Virus record (IMG/VR): IMGVR_UViG_3300017780_003104
Span: 128,001 to 192,000 of that record
Strand: one strand, 5' to 3'
DNA from: a virus
Taxonomy: Duplodnaviria > Caudoviricetes
Length of the DNA stretch: 64,000 nt
Below, piece by piece: positions 1 to 9,325 of this stretch; the first letter of the stretch is position 1; each line of letters opens with the position of its first letter. The notes under the pieces were generated by a model. It was not told the DNA's origin, ran no database searches, and saw only the letters and a program-made list of their open reading frames with translations. Both the position numbers and the translations under genes were made by a program.

Positions 1-15
1 TAAATTAATATAATT

Positions 16-333
16 ATGGGAGCATGTAGAGAAAGTAGTAGAATGGAAAGAGCATTAGATAAATTCTTATCTCAGGTAAGAAATACAGATAAAGTTCTTT
101 GGAGTTACGGCGGTAAAAATATCGAAAAGGAGGAATATCCAATTATTTCTTTTTCTTGGGTTGATGAAGAGATTGAAGATTCACATAGATTGTGGATGGA
201 CTTCATGAATGAGAGATTGAATGAGAAGAAAAGGGTCATCAAACTTAATAACATTAAACATCCAGTCAAAGATGCCATCCCTAAGAAAGAGAGTATAGGT
301 GAGGCTATGTTCCCCATTCTTTATAAAAATTAA
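16..333 (+). CDS. hypothetical protein
   Basis: ORF track; stop overlaps the next promoter motif. Confidence 0.6.
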   Translation: MGACRESSRMERALDKFLSQVRNTDKVLWSYGGKNIEKEEYPIISFSWVDEEIEDSHRLWMDFMNERLNEKKRVIKLNNIKHPVKDAIPKKESIGEAMFPILYKN

Positions 334-357
334 TTAAAACCGAAATATAATTTCCCC

Positions 358-795
358 ATGTTACAAGCTATGGGGAAAATTTCTGTGGAACCGAACCGTG
401 GACGTATTGTTCTCGATGTGTCTCCCGATTTTGTTAAGCTTTATAAATACTTTATCGAGAAGCACTATTGGATTCGTATGGGTTCGCCTCTACATGGAAG
501 TCATATTACTATTTTCTCGCAAAAGCATCACGCTAAAGTAAATTGGGGAAAAGCTGTGTGGTATGATAAAAAGATAATTGAATTTACATATGATCCTTAT
601 ATAATCGAAGGTGGTTATCGTAAAGGATTTCTGATGTATTACCTCAAAGTTTTTTCCGCTGAAATTGATCAGATGAAAAAGAAATTGGGTATTGTTGATG
701 GAGAAGCCTATAGGGGGCTGCATTTGACTATATCTAACGGGAAGAACAATTCAGTCTTTCCTGATTGGCCTAAAATGATCGAAATTAAGAAATGA
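358..795 (+). CDS. 2H phosphoesterase family protein
   Basis: Two HxT motifs (SHITIF, LHLTIS) at 2H-like spacing; promoter 6 nt upstream. Confidence 0.65.
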   Translation: MLQAMGKISVEPNRGRIVLDVSPDFVKLYKYFIEKHYWIRMGSPLHGSHITIFSQKHHAKVNWGKAVWYDKKIIEFTYDPYIIEGGYRKGFLMYYLKVFSAEIDQMKKKLGIVDGEAYRGLHLTISNGKNNSVFPDWPKMIEIKK

Positions 796-1070
796 AACCA
801 TACGGTAAAAAACCTAAGAAGTCTAAACTCGGAATTCATAGTTCTGATGCATGTGGATGTGAAGTCTGTAATACTCATGGATGGAAAGTATCCAAATCTA
901 GAGAACGTCAAGATATCACCGAAGAGATTCAAACTCTTTATATGAAAGGTGGTGGATGCTGGGTCGGATACTACAAACCTCTGGGTATATCTGTTATAGG
1001 AGAAACAGAGGGGATTGTTATGGATGGAGTTCAAGAGGCATACGATTCATACTTAACAAAAGATAGTTAA
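792..1070 (+). CDS. hypothetical protein, basic N-terminus with CxCxxC
   Basis: ORF track; ATGA overlap with the upstream gene. Confidence 0.5.
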   Translation: MKPYGKKPKKSKLGIHSSDACGCEVCNTHGWKVSKSRERQDITEEIQTLYMKGGGCWVGYYKPLGISVIGETEGIVMDGVQEAYDSYLTKDS

Positions 1071-1071
1071 T

Positions 1072-1389
1072 ATGAAAGCCATTATAACAAAAATTACAAC
1101 CGTTGAGTTCGATCTTGATGTAGAACGCAAACTTGTTAAAGAGTGTTTCAAAAAGAAAAAGGAGAAGCTTTATAGGGATGCTCTTTTAAACGTTATCGAT
1201 GTTTTTGAAAAGGATGGGTATTCCAAAGCTTACGATGCTTACGATGATCTACCTTATAATGAAATCGATGAATATCCGTTACAAGAATCCATGGGGTTCT
1301 GGTGGTATCAAATTAGTGGGTGGAACTTTCAATATAAAGAAAATGTGTCCCATACACTGAAAACCGAAATAATTAAAACCGAAATATAA
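1072..1389 (+). CDS. hypothetical protein
   Basis: ORF track; TAATATG coupling. Confidence 0.65.
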   Translation: MKAIITKITTVEFDLDVERKLVKECFKKKKEKLYRDALLNVIDVFEKDGYSKAYDAYDDLPYNEIDEYPLQESMGFWWYQISGWNFQYKENVSHTLKTEIIKTEI

Positions 1390-1396
1390 TCACATT

Positions 1397-1798
1397 ATGA
1401 AACGAAGAAATTGCATAATTCTAAGGGGCTGCTCGGGCGCAGGTAAGACTACTTTCTGTAATCTCATGCCCAATGCCTTAGTATGTTGTGCTGATGATTA
1501 TTTCACTGATAAGGATGGTAATTATAATTGGTATTCACAAGGTTTGGGCGAAGCACATGCTTATTGTTGGAATCAATTTGTAGATGCTTTGGGAACCGAT
1601 AAAGATATCATCATTGCTAATGTTAATGCTAAAGCTGCGGATTGGAACAAGTATGTCGATCAGGCTAAGAATCTTGGATTTATTGTAACCTTCGTTGTGC
1701 TTGAAAACAGGCATGGTGGTAAGGATGTACATAATGTACCTGAAGTTACTCTAGAGAGACAAGAGAAAACCATTAGAGAGAACCTTAAATTGAGATAA
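1397..1798 (+). CDS. P-loop kinase (AAA_33 / polynucleotide-kinase-like)
   Basis: Walker A GCSGAGKT, CCADDYF, HNVP motif; promoter 6 nt upstream. Confidence 0.8.
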   Translation: MKRRNCIILRGCSGAGKTTFCNLMPNALVCCADDYFTDKDGNYNWYSQGLGEAHAYCWNQFVDALGTDKDIIIANVNAKAADWNKYVDQAKNLGFIVTFVVLENRHGGKDVHNVPEVTLERQEKTIRENLKLR

Positions 1799-1799
1799 T

Positions 1800-2033
1800 A
1801 TGCCAGCAAAAAAGAAAGCAGCGAAAAAAGTCGAAAAGACTCCTGTTAGAATTAAAAAAGGATCTTTAGAATGTTCATATGTCCCAGTTTCATATGTGGT
1901 TGAAAGACTTATAAAAGATTGGAAATTTACACTTGAGGATCTTGAAAAAACTTCAATTGATTTTGATTACAGTGGGTGTTATTATGAAAGTGATACGCCG
2001 AGTATATCTGTAGAGTGGGATGATATTTTATGA
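1800..2033 (+). CDS. hypothetical protein
   Basis: ORF track; coupled to the upstream stop. Confidence 0.6.
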   Translation: MPAKKKAAKKVEKTPVRIKKGSLECSYVPVSYVVERLIKDWKFTLEDLEKTSIDFDYSGCYYESDTPSISVEWDDIL

Positions 2034-2089
2034 AAATTGAAAATATAGATAGGTTGATTAATTAATTAAAACCGAAGTATAATAACCAC

Positions 2090-3181
2090 ATGAAGTTACC
2101 CGATCCAGAACAATTCAAATTCAAAGACTGTGTTATAGCAGGAGATGAATGTTGGTTGATTAATCCCGTCGATATGTCTACTAAGTGGGATGATGATAAT
2201 GCACGATTTTGTTCATGTATTGTTCGTAAGTCCGATAACTTTGTAGTATCGCAGGGATTTGGTAAGTTTACTAATTTCGGGGAACGTCCTGATTTTCAAC
2301 CATGGGATAACTCATGGAAGATTGAAGCAAGAATGAAATTAGATGGTTCTTTGCTTATCATATCCAAGTATAAGGGTGAACTTATCTGTAGAACCCGTGG
2401 AACTATTGATGCTCGTCAAATGGCTAATGGATATGAAATAGATTTTCTTCTTAAGAAGTATAATTTATTTTTTGAAACAGTAAAGAGGGGACCAGAAGAT
2501 CATCATATTTCTTATCTATTTGAATGGACCACACCAAATAATATTATCGTGTTGAGGGAACATAACGAACCGACCCTAACTTTAGTTGGGGCTGTAGTGA
2601 ACAACTATTATTACGAGTATGCGACCCAATCTTATTTGGATGACTTGGCTAGGGTGTATGGGCTTAATCGTCCACAAAAGTATGAATACAACTCTATCGA
2701 AGAATGTATTCTTGATGTTGCTGCTTGGAGAGGTAAAGAAGGTGTAGTGTTATATTCACCCGATGGTCAAACTCTTAAGAAGATCAAGGCTGACGAATAC
2801 TGTGAGCTTCACAAACTCGCAACTGGTATCAAAGGTATCAAGCAAGTTCTTGATGTGTTTATGGCATCACCTAAGTTTGTTGAACCTGATGATTTTTATA
2901 AGTATATCGAGACTACTCTTGATTTTGAGATAGCTGAAAAGTGTAAGGATTTTATCTATGATATATGTCTAGCGTATGGGAAGTATGTGGTTAAATCCAA
3001 TATAATCAAATCCGAGATTACCGACTATATCAAACCTCTGGATACTCGTAAAGAACAGGCTATAGCAATAACTACCAAGTTTAAGGGTTGGCAAACGTCT
3101 TTGGCGTTTTGTTTACTTGATGATAAGATCGTTGAAGATAAACTTATGCGTACAGCGTTAGACCAACTATTAGAACTATGA
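2090..3181 (+). CDS. RNA ligase (T4 Rnl1-like)
   Basis: Nucleotidyltransferase motif I KLDGS, FEW, EGVVL, KKIK. Confidence 0.8.
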   Translation: MKLPDPEQFKFKDCVIAGDECWLINPVDMSTKWDDDNARFCSCIVRKSDNFVVSQGFGKFTNFGERPDFQPWDNSWKIEARMKLDGSLLIISKYKGELICRTRGTIDARQMANGYEIDFLLKKYNLFFETVKRGPEDHHISYLFEWTTPNNIIVLREHNEPTLTLVGAVVNNYYYEYATQSYLDDLARVYGLNRPQKYEYNSIEECILDVAAWRGKEGVVLYSPDGQTLKKIKADEYCELHKLATGIKGIKQVLDVFMASPKFVEPDDFYKYIETTLDFEIAEKCKDFIYDICLAYGKYVVKSNIIKSEITDYIKPLDTRKEQAIAITTKFKGWQTSLAFCLLDDKIVEDKLMRTALDQLLEL

Positions 3182-3753
3182 TTGATTATTCACAAGACTT
3201 AAAAAACAAGTGTAAACGGTGGCATATATCGGAATATACCGATCCCGTATTGACAGATCCAAAATTTGAATATTGGTCTGGTTCTGGTAGTTCTATACAC
3301 CATCATTATGGTGATGGTGGGCTACTTAAACACACTCATGAAGTCTTTACTTACTGTGAAGTGATATCACAACAACATAATTCGACTTGTCATGGAGATA
3401 AAAGACTTAATCATAAGGAATTATTAATTAGTGCTATTTGGCATGATTATGGTAAGATTTGGGATTATCAAAAAGACGATAATGGTGTTTGGGGAAAGCA
3501 TAATAACCATGCTCGACAAATTCATCACATTTCAAGATCCGCGATCCAATTTCAGACTTGGTATTACTCAAGACTGACCACACCAATCCACGATATAGTT
3601 GCAGATAATATTACTCATAATATTCTAGCACATCATGGTATGAGAGAATGGGGGAGTCCTGTTGCTCCTGCTACGAGAGAAGCATGGGTGTTGCATCTTG
3701 CTGATAACCTATCTGCAAGACTTGACGATTTAGATAAACACGATAGATTTTAA
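3178..3753 (+). CDS. HD-domain phosphohydrolase (YhaM-like)
   Basis: HHYGDGGLLKHT, WHDYGKI, HNILAHHG..EWGSP, LHLADNLSA. Confidence 0.8.
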   Translation: MIDYSQDLKNKCKRWHISEYTDPVLTDPKFEYWSGSGSSIHHHYGDGGLLKHTHEVFTYCEVISQQHNSTCHGDKRLNHKELLISAIWHDYGKIWDYQKDDNGVWGKHNNHARQIHHISRSAIQFQTWYYSRLTTPIHDIVADNITHNILAHHGMREWGSPVAPATREAWVLHLADNLSARLDDLDKHDRF

Positions 3754-3781
3754 TTAATTAAAACCGAAATACAATAACGGC

Positions 3782-4243
3782 ATGAACAAAATGAAACTAG
3801 TATTGGGTGATTGGTCAAAAGATGGACATAATCAACATGAAACGATTATGGTTGAAACCAATAAAACGGTAGAAGAAATTCAACAAGGGTATAAAGACTC
3901 TTGTAAATTAACTACGGTGTCGTTTAATCATAATGAGGATTACACAGGAGTTGGGAGACACTATAGTATTTCCGATGATTACGAAATAGCTACTAATTAT
4001 GAGGAACGTCAAATTCCAGATAAAGCGAAAGAAATTTTGGAAAAATATAATGGATTTGATGAGATTTATGAGTTCTATAGTGAAGAAGCCAGTGAAGATA
4101 ATTTTACAAAACTTTGGTTCTGGTTTGTGAGTCTTTCAATTCCAGATTTGGTTTGGAATAAAATTGAAGATGATGCTCCAGTCATTAATGGGTTTTGGAA
4201 TAAGAACTTAAATGTTCAATTTGGATATGGTTTGTATTGGTAA
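3782..4243 (+). CDS. hypothetical protein
   Basis: ORF track; promoter 6 nt upstream. Confidence 0.7.
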   Translation: MNKMKLVLGDWSKDGHNQHETIMVETNKTVEEIQQGYKDSCKLTTVSFNHNEDYTGVGRHYSISDDYEIATNYEERQIPDKAKEILEKYNGFDEIYEFYSEEASEDNFTKLWFWFVSLSIPDLVWNKIEDDAPVINGFWNKNLNVQFGYGLYW

Positions 4244-4267
4244 TTAAAACCGAACTATAATAGCGGC

Positions 4268-5500
4268 ATGGCAACTGAAAAAGTAAGACTAGTATTTTCT
4301 GACTTGGGATGTAATAGTTACAAGTATTGGGATGGTGAGCTACACGATGATGGTCGAGTAATATCAACTTTTGGCGTTGTTGGTGCAAAGAACCCACAAT
4401 CAAAGGATTTTGGTATTGTTGGTAGATCGTTCTTTGATAAGAAGATTCGTGAGAAGGAACGTAAGGGATATGAACGCGCTAAAGTACTAATGGAAGGTGC
4501 CACTACAGTAGTCAACAAATCATCCCTTGCTGATATCGCATTAAGTCAAATTAAACTGTCTGATACCAGTCTTAAAACTCTTGTTAAACGACTGGCTGAT
4601 AGCAATGTCCATAAGATCACTAATTCGACCAGTATTAGTTTTGATAATGGAATGTTCCAAACCCCATTGGGTATTGTTACCAAAGAGGGGATATCCGATG
4701 CTAGACTGTTACTGGATTTCTTCTTCAAAAATATTAAGAAGAATGGTCAAGATGATTTCAATGAAAAGATTGATTCATATCTTCGAATTATCCCAAGACC
4801 TAAAGGTAATGGATTACACTATGAAGACATTTTTCCGACATTGGAATCCGTCCAAAAAGAATCAGATGTTTTGGATGCTCTTGATAATAGTGTTGAACTT
4901 GCCATGAAACCAAAGGACGATGGAACGTCGAAGGTGGAAAGTGTGTTTAACCTTAATATGGCTATCGTGGAAGATGATAAGATTATCAAAGCGATTAAAG
5001 ATTGGTATACTAGGACCAATAAGGCAATGCATAATTACACATCGATCAAAATTGCTAATATTTACGGTGTCGATATCGTAGATTACAATAAGAATTTTAA
5101 ACAAGATGATAAAAACATCATTGAAGTTTGGCATGGTAGTGGTCAATCAAATATTCTTAGTATCTTGAAGTCTGGATTGTTCTGTAGCCCACCTAGTACT
5201 GCCGCTATTGCTGGTAAGATGTTTGGTAATGGTGTATACGGTTCCAAAACATCATCTAAAAGTTTAGGATATAGTCTTGGTAGATGGGGTCAGGGAAAAG
5301 GTGAAAGTGGTTGGCTTTTTGTTTGCGACTTCGCTATGGGAAATCCGTATTACCCGAATACCAGAGGTGGCTTAAACAAGATTCCTGATGGATATCATAG
5401 TTGTTGGGCATTACCTGAAAAAACAGGCTTGCTAAATGATGAACTCATCGTATACTCCGAAAAGCAGATCAAAATTAAATTTCTCGTAGAACTAAAATAA
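4268..5500 (+). CDS. WGR + PARP-regulatory + PARP catalytic ADP-ribosyltransferase
   Basis: WGR-like N-terminus (FGVVG..KERKGY); PLG/Y..IP regulatory segment; catalytic WHGS, GKMFGNGVY, SKSLGYS, NDELIVY (H-Y-E triad). Confidence 0.85.
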   Translation: MATEKVRLVFSDLGCNSYKYWDGELHDDGRVISTFGVVGAKNPQSKDFGIVGRSFFDKKIREKERKGYERAKVLMEGATTVVNKSSLADIALSQIKLSDTSLKTLVKRLADSNVHKITNSTSISFDNGMFQTPLGIVTKEGISDARLLLDFFFKNIKKNGQDDFNEKIDSYLRIIPRPKGNGLHYEDIFPTLESVQKESDVLDALDNSVELAMKPKDDGTSKVESVFNLNMAIVEDDKIIKAIKDWYTRTNKAMHNYTSIKIANIYGVDIVDYNKNFKQDDKNIIEVWHGSGQSNILSILKSGLFCSPPSTAAIAGKMFGNGVYGSKTSSKSLGYSLGRWGQGKGESGWLFVCDFAMGNPYYPNTRGGLNKIPDGYHSCWALPEKTGLLNDELIVYSEKQIKIKFLVELK

Positions 5501-5504
5501 AATT

Positions 5505-6044
5505 ATGAAACAAATAAACGCAATTACAGCAATCCTATTAGCACTTAAGAATATTAGAAACGTGCAATTTTCGATATATAATATCACCCTCGAAATTCGT
5601 GATCAGATGTATCTCGGAACCTACCAAATAGATTACACCAATTTCATTTCCCATGCGGAAGTCAAGAAGAATTTTGAGGAATTGGAATTGATGGGTCTTT
5701 TAGATGATTACACAGTAAGTCATAATGTTGATGGTTATAGACTGTATCAATTGAAACAAGAAATGGTAAACATTCCAGATGCTTCTGTGCCAACTCCAAT
5801 ACAATCCGCATTGGTTAGAGTTCAAGCAATTAGTCGTGCTAGTGTTATCCCAATGGATATTCAGAAGAAAATTTATACATACCTTAAAGGTAATGGATCG
5901 GTTTCCATGAAGCAGATTCAATCTCGCCTCAAGAATCAACCTTATACATGTAAGGATATTAAAAACTTTTTGGCCCAATTACAATTGATTGATCCTAATA
6001 CTACATCACTACCTGATAGCCAAGCTAAAACAATTAAAATCTAA
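5505..6044 (+). CDS. hypothetical protein
   Basis: ORF track. Confidence 0.6.
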   Translation: MKQINAITAILLALKNIRNVQFSIYNITLEIRDQMYLGTYQIDYTNFISHAEVKKNFEELELMGLLDDYTVSHNVDGYRLYQLKQEMVNIPDASVPTPIQSALVRVQAISRASVIPMDIQKKIYTYLKGNGSVSMKQIQSRLKNQPYTCKDIKNFLAQLQLIDPNTTSLPDSQAKTIKI

Positions 6045-6048
6045 TATT

Positions 6049-6210
6049 ATGAGAAACCTTAAAAAAAGATGGAGTGATCTCATATGGTATGAAAAGTTAG
6101 CAGCGACTCCCGGTGTTATTATCGTTGGATGTTCAGTAGTTGCAATATCACCAGTCTTGCTTTTTATGTATTGTATAATTATTACATTTGAATTACTGGA
6201 TTTTAGATGA
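6049..6210 (+). CDS. small membrane protein
   Basis: In-frame ATG at 6049 of the track ORF; hydrophobic stretch. Confidence 0.5.
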   Translation: MRNLKKRWSDLIWYEKLAATPGVIIVGCSVVAISPVLLFMYCIIITFELLDFR

Positions 6211-6230
6211 TTGTATGAGAGGATAATAAT

Positions 6231-6677
6231 ATGATTACGAAAATTAATGATGAATTGAAACAGGCAATGCGCGACAAGAACACGACTAAGTTGAATGTTC
6301 TTCGCGCATTGAAAACAGCTATTATGAATGCTTCTCTACAGAAGGGTAACGTAAATGAACCGTTATCGGAAGTTGAGGTTATTGGTATTATTAGGAAACA
6401 ACTATCACAACGACAAGATTCTATAGCTCAATTTGTTACTGCACAACGTAATGATTTAATTGCTACAGAAGAAGCAGAAGTAGAAGTCCTCAAAGAGTTT
6501 ATACCAGAGGATTTGTCGGATTTACAGTTAGAAACATACATCATCAATACAATTTCTGAGTTAGGTGCTACTAGTAAAAAGGATATGGGGAACGTTATCA
6601 AACGGGTTGCTCATATTGTTAATGGTCGTGCTGATAATAAGAAAATATCTAAAATGGTGGGTGAGAAATTACAATGA
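6231..6677 (+). CDS. GatB/YqeY domain protein
   Basis: KQAMRDK..LNVLRALK, RQDSIAQF..R.DL..E..E..VL.EFIP, KDMGNV. Confidence 0.9.
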   Translation: MITKINDELKQAMRDKNTTKLNVLRALKTAIMNASLQKGNVNEPLSEVEVIGIIRKQLSQRQDSIAQFVTAQRNDLIATEEAEVEVLKEFIPEDLSDLQLETYIINTISELGATSKKDMGNVIKRVAHIVNGRADNKKISKMVGEKLQ

Positions 6678-6967
6678 AATATATCCTCTTTCTTAATAAA
6701 GCATGGGGGGTTGATTTCATGTTAATCCGAAGACTTGAACGTGAAAAAATTGAGTATGATTATGTATCCTTATCTGATGAAGGACATGTGGACACCGAGT
6801 TGTATACTAAGTATGGGATAAGATCTACACCTTGTCTTTTGATTCTTGACAACGATGAGGTGAGTGATAAACTCAGTTCAACAGACGAAATCGTAGAATA
6901 TTTAAAAAATGTACAAAATACTAAAATTCCCGTGGGAACAGAGGACCAAACACTTCTGGGCAAGTGA
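6674..6967 (+). CDS. thioredoxin/glutaredoxin-fold protein (no CxxC)
   Basis: KYGIRSTPCLLIL cis-Pro-type motif; size. Confidence 0.5.
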   Translation: MKYILFLNKAWGVDFMLIRRLEREKIEYDYVSLSDEGHVDTELYTKYGIRSTPCLLILDNDEVSDKLSSTDEIVEYLKNVQNTKIPVGTEDQTLLGK

Positions 6968-7568
6968 TTGGCATAACTTCCATGACCCTAAAACTTGGAC
7001 TTCCCCTATTTGGGAAATGCGGGGATATAGCAATGCTGAAGAGGCATTAGAACAAACTCTCAGGACAACCAATGAAAAGGTTGGTGTGGATGATACCTTG
7101 TGGTATCTTGGTGATGGATTTCTTAATGCCACAGATGATCAATGCATTAATTGGTTGAGTAGAGTGAATTGCCAAAATATTTACTATTTGTTTGGTAATC
7201 ACGAATCCAATATGTATAGGATCTATAAGGAACAGGTCGCGGAACAATATGGGATTGGTGATGCTGAGATTTATCCCTTGAAGTATAAGAATGTCACATT
7301 CTTAGGAAATCATCAAGAAATTCAAATTGGTAAACAGATGATTACCATGAATCATTTCCCTTTAAGAATTTGGCACAAGGATAACCGTAGTGCTTGGATG
7401 CTTAGTGGGCATTCCCACTTACAAGATAAAGGTCGTAGACCAGATGCACCTTTTCAAAAAGGTCTTGATTGTGGTTGTGATTATAAAGTGGTGTGGAGTT
7501 TTTTGGAAATTGAAGATGTAATGTCAACCAAATCGATTCAAATTTTAGACCATAATAGGACTAGTTAA
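6909..7568 (+). CDS. calcineurin-like metallophosphoesterase
   Basis: SDWHNFH, LGDG, GNHE, NHFP, SGHSH motifs. Confidence 0.85.
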   Translation: MYKILKFPWEQRTKHFWASDWHNFHDPKTWTSPIWEMRGYSNAEEALEQTLRTTNEKVGVDDTLWYLGDGFLNATDDQCINWLSRVNCQNIYYLFGNHESNMYRIYKEQVAEQYGIGDAEIYPLKYKNVTFLGNHQEIQIGKQMITMNHFPLRIWHKDNRSAWMLSGHSHLQDKGRRPDAPFQKGLDCGCDYKVVWSFLEIEDVMSTKSIQILDHNRTS

Positions 7569-7570
7569 AT

Positions 7571-7792
7571 ATGACAGATGATGAATATGAAATGCGAATG
7601 GGTAAAGTCCGTAACAAGATGACGCAATTAAGAGAGGTTGAGAATTCTATGGAATCGACATTTCCAGATATTGACATTTCAAAAGAGTGGCGTAAACTGG
7701 CTTTAGAAGTAGAGGACATGATAAATGAAATCGAAGTGGATGATTTTCTCGTAAATGGTGCGGGAAATACTAGTATAGATATAATAGAATAA
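7571..7792 (+). CDS. hypothetical protein
   Basis: ORF track. Confidence 0.55.
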   Translation: MTDDEYEMRMGKVRNKMTQLREVENSMESTFPDIDISKEWRKLALEVEDMINEIEVDDFLVNGAGNTSIDIIE

Positions 7793-7801
7793 CAGAATAA
7801 T

Positions 7802-8032
7802 ATGAACGTAAATAAGCAAAAAAACAAACAGTGGATGAGAAATCGTGATCAATTGAAAAACCCAAAGGTATTCAATGTAACTATGGTTCGTAATCCAGAT
7901 GGAACATTCCACATGATTGGTGGGCAGAGTAAGGTTCTTGTTCGCAAGAATCAACACTCTAGCGAATGGGTAAACGTTGATACACGCGATCTTACTTGTG
8001 AGATGCGTAATAGTCGAATCTCTTCTTTCTAA
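7802..8032 (+). CDS. hypothetical protein
   Basis: ORF track. Confidence 0.6.
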   Translation: MNVNKQKNKQWMRNRDQLKNPKVFNVTMVRNPDGTFHMIGGQSKVLVRKNQHSSEWVNVDTRDLTCEMRNSRISSF

Positions 8033-8043
8033 GAAGAGATTAT

Positions 8044-8606
8044 AGAACCGAAGCAATAACACTGATAAAGTTAAGGTGCTTTTTCACCATTCGATATGGT
8101 GCGGTTCTCTATTGTGGTGGGGAAGCAGTTCCCCCTAGTAGGTAATGAGACTTAGCTCTTAATGGTGAAGACCGATAATAATAACGTTTAAACATCGGGA
8201 TAAACTACAGACGCATCTATTAAGAGTTTCTTGCGGATAAGTCTACCACATTAATTTTAAGGAAGTCCAAATAGGTAGCGGTTACACTCAAGCGCGATGA
8301 GTGTGAGAGAAAAGAATGACAATACTCTTAGTATTATATCAACTTTCGAAACGGTGAAAATCGTAAATTGCGGGTTCAAGTCCCGCTCCTTAAATCTTTG
8401 AAGTGTCGATGTTGAAGGAAACATATCGAAGTTTGTAAGATAGTTATGGAAAGGCGCATGGCCGAACCACTAAGAAAGTTGAGAAATCTTAACTAGGTTG
8501 GTAGCCTAGACTTACCATGTAGCCCATACGGAGTAATTGTCTAAACCTAATCTCGCCAGAGAAAAGTTACGGACTCCATAGTTGGTATCAAGCCCAACAC
8601 ACTTCA
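8044..8606 (+). ncRNA. cluster of structured ncRNAs, two with tRNA-like acceptor and T-arm ends (8257-8394, 8400-8606)
   Basis: No ORF; TTAAGGA/TCCTTAA with GCGGG-TTCAAGT-CCCGC; GAAGTGT/ACACTTC with GTTGG-TATCAAGC-CCAAC. Confidence 0.6.
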
Positions 8607-8640
8607 TAATTTTTAATTAAAACCGAACTATAATTTGGTT

Positions 8641-9066
8641 ATGAAACGAGACGAGTTACAAAAAATTCTAAGAGCATATATGGAAGAACATGGTGCTATG
8701 GAATTTCTATGGACTGTTGATGATGAACTTCTACGTCCAACTATTCATAAGAATAGACATGAAATGATTTGTTCGACTGGAGATTTTAGAGGTAACTTTG
8801 ATTATGATCGTGGGTTCTTGGTAGTTTCCATTTCAGTATATTGGGAAAGGGATGAATTATATTCCGTTAATATGCCTATTTTCAATATCGATGATGGTAT
8901 TTGGAGAGCTGTTTCTAAGAATTTTGACACTAAAGAAGAGGCTCAAGAATTAGCAGATAAAGTGGCTTCAGGTTTTGTTAAAAACTTTGGAACTAAGCTT
9001 CCAACCGAAGATGAACTAAATGAATTTCTTCGTCCCTTTGGTATGTATGGTCATTCAGAAGGTTAA
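8641..9066 (+). CDS. hypothetical protein
   Basis: ATG 6 nt after TATAAT (8641 rather than the track start 8635). Confidence 0.7.
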   Translation: MKRDELQKILRAYMEEHGAMEFLWTVDDELLRPTIHKNRHEMICSTGDFRGNFDYDRGFLVVSISVYWERDELYSVNMPIFNIDDGIWRAVSKNFDTKEEAQELADKVASGFVKNFGTKLPTEDELNEFLRPFGMYGHSEG

Positions 9067-9090
9067 TTAAAACCGAAGTATAGTAGTGAT

Positions 9091-9324
9091 ATGAAAATCA
9101 TCACCACACGCCTTAGAGTCATGCGATACAATTATCGAAATGATTGGAAAGCTGTTCAAATTCTACTCAAATATTATTATATTTTTGGCTTTAAATTTTT
9201 CGAAGTAGAATTAGATAGGGAAGATGTTCCAAGGCATGTGGTTCTTGCCAATGCATGTTTTGGCGATACGAGTGGATGGACTTCAAAATTTATGCCCTTT
9301 GAAAAAGGAGGATGGAAAGACTAA
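9091..9324 (+). CDS. hypothetical protein
   Basis: ORF track; promoter 6 nt upstream. Confidence 0.65.
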   Translation: MKIITTRLRVMRYNYRNDWKAVQILLKYYYIFGFKFFEVELDREDVPRHVVLANACFGDTSGWTSKFMPFEKGGWKD

Positions 9325-9325
9325 A

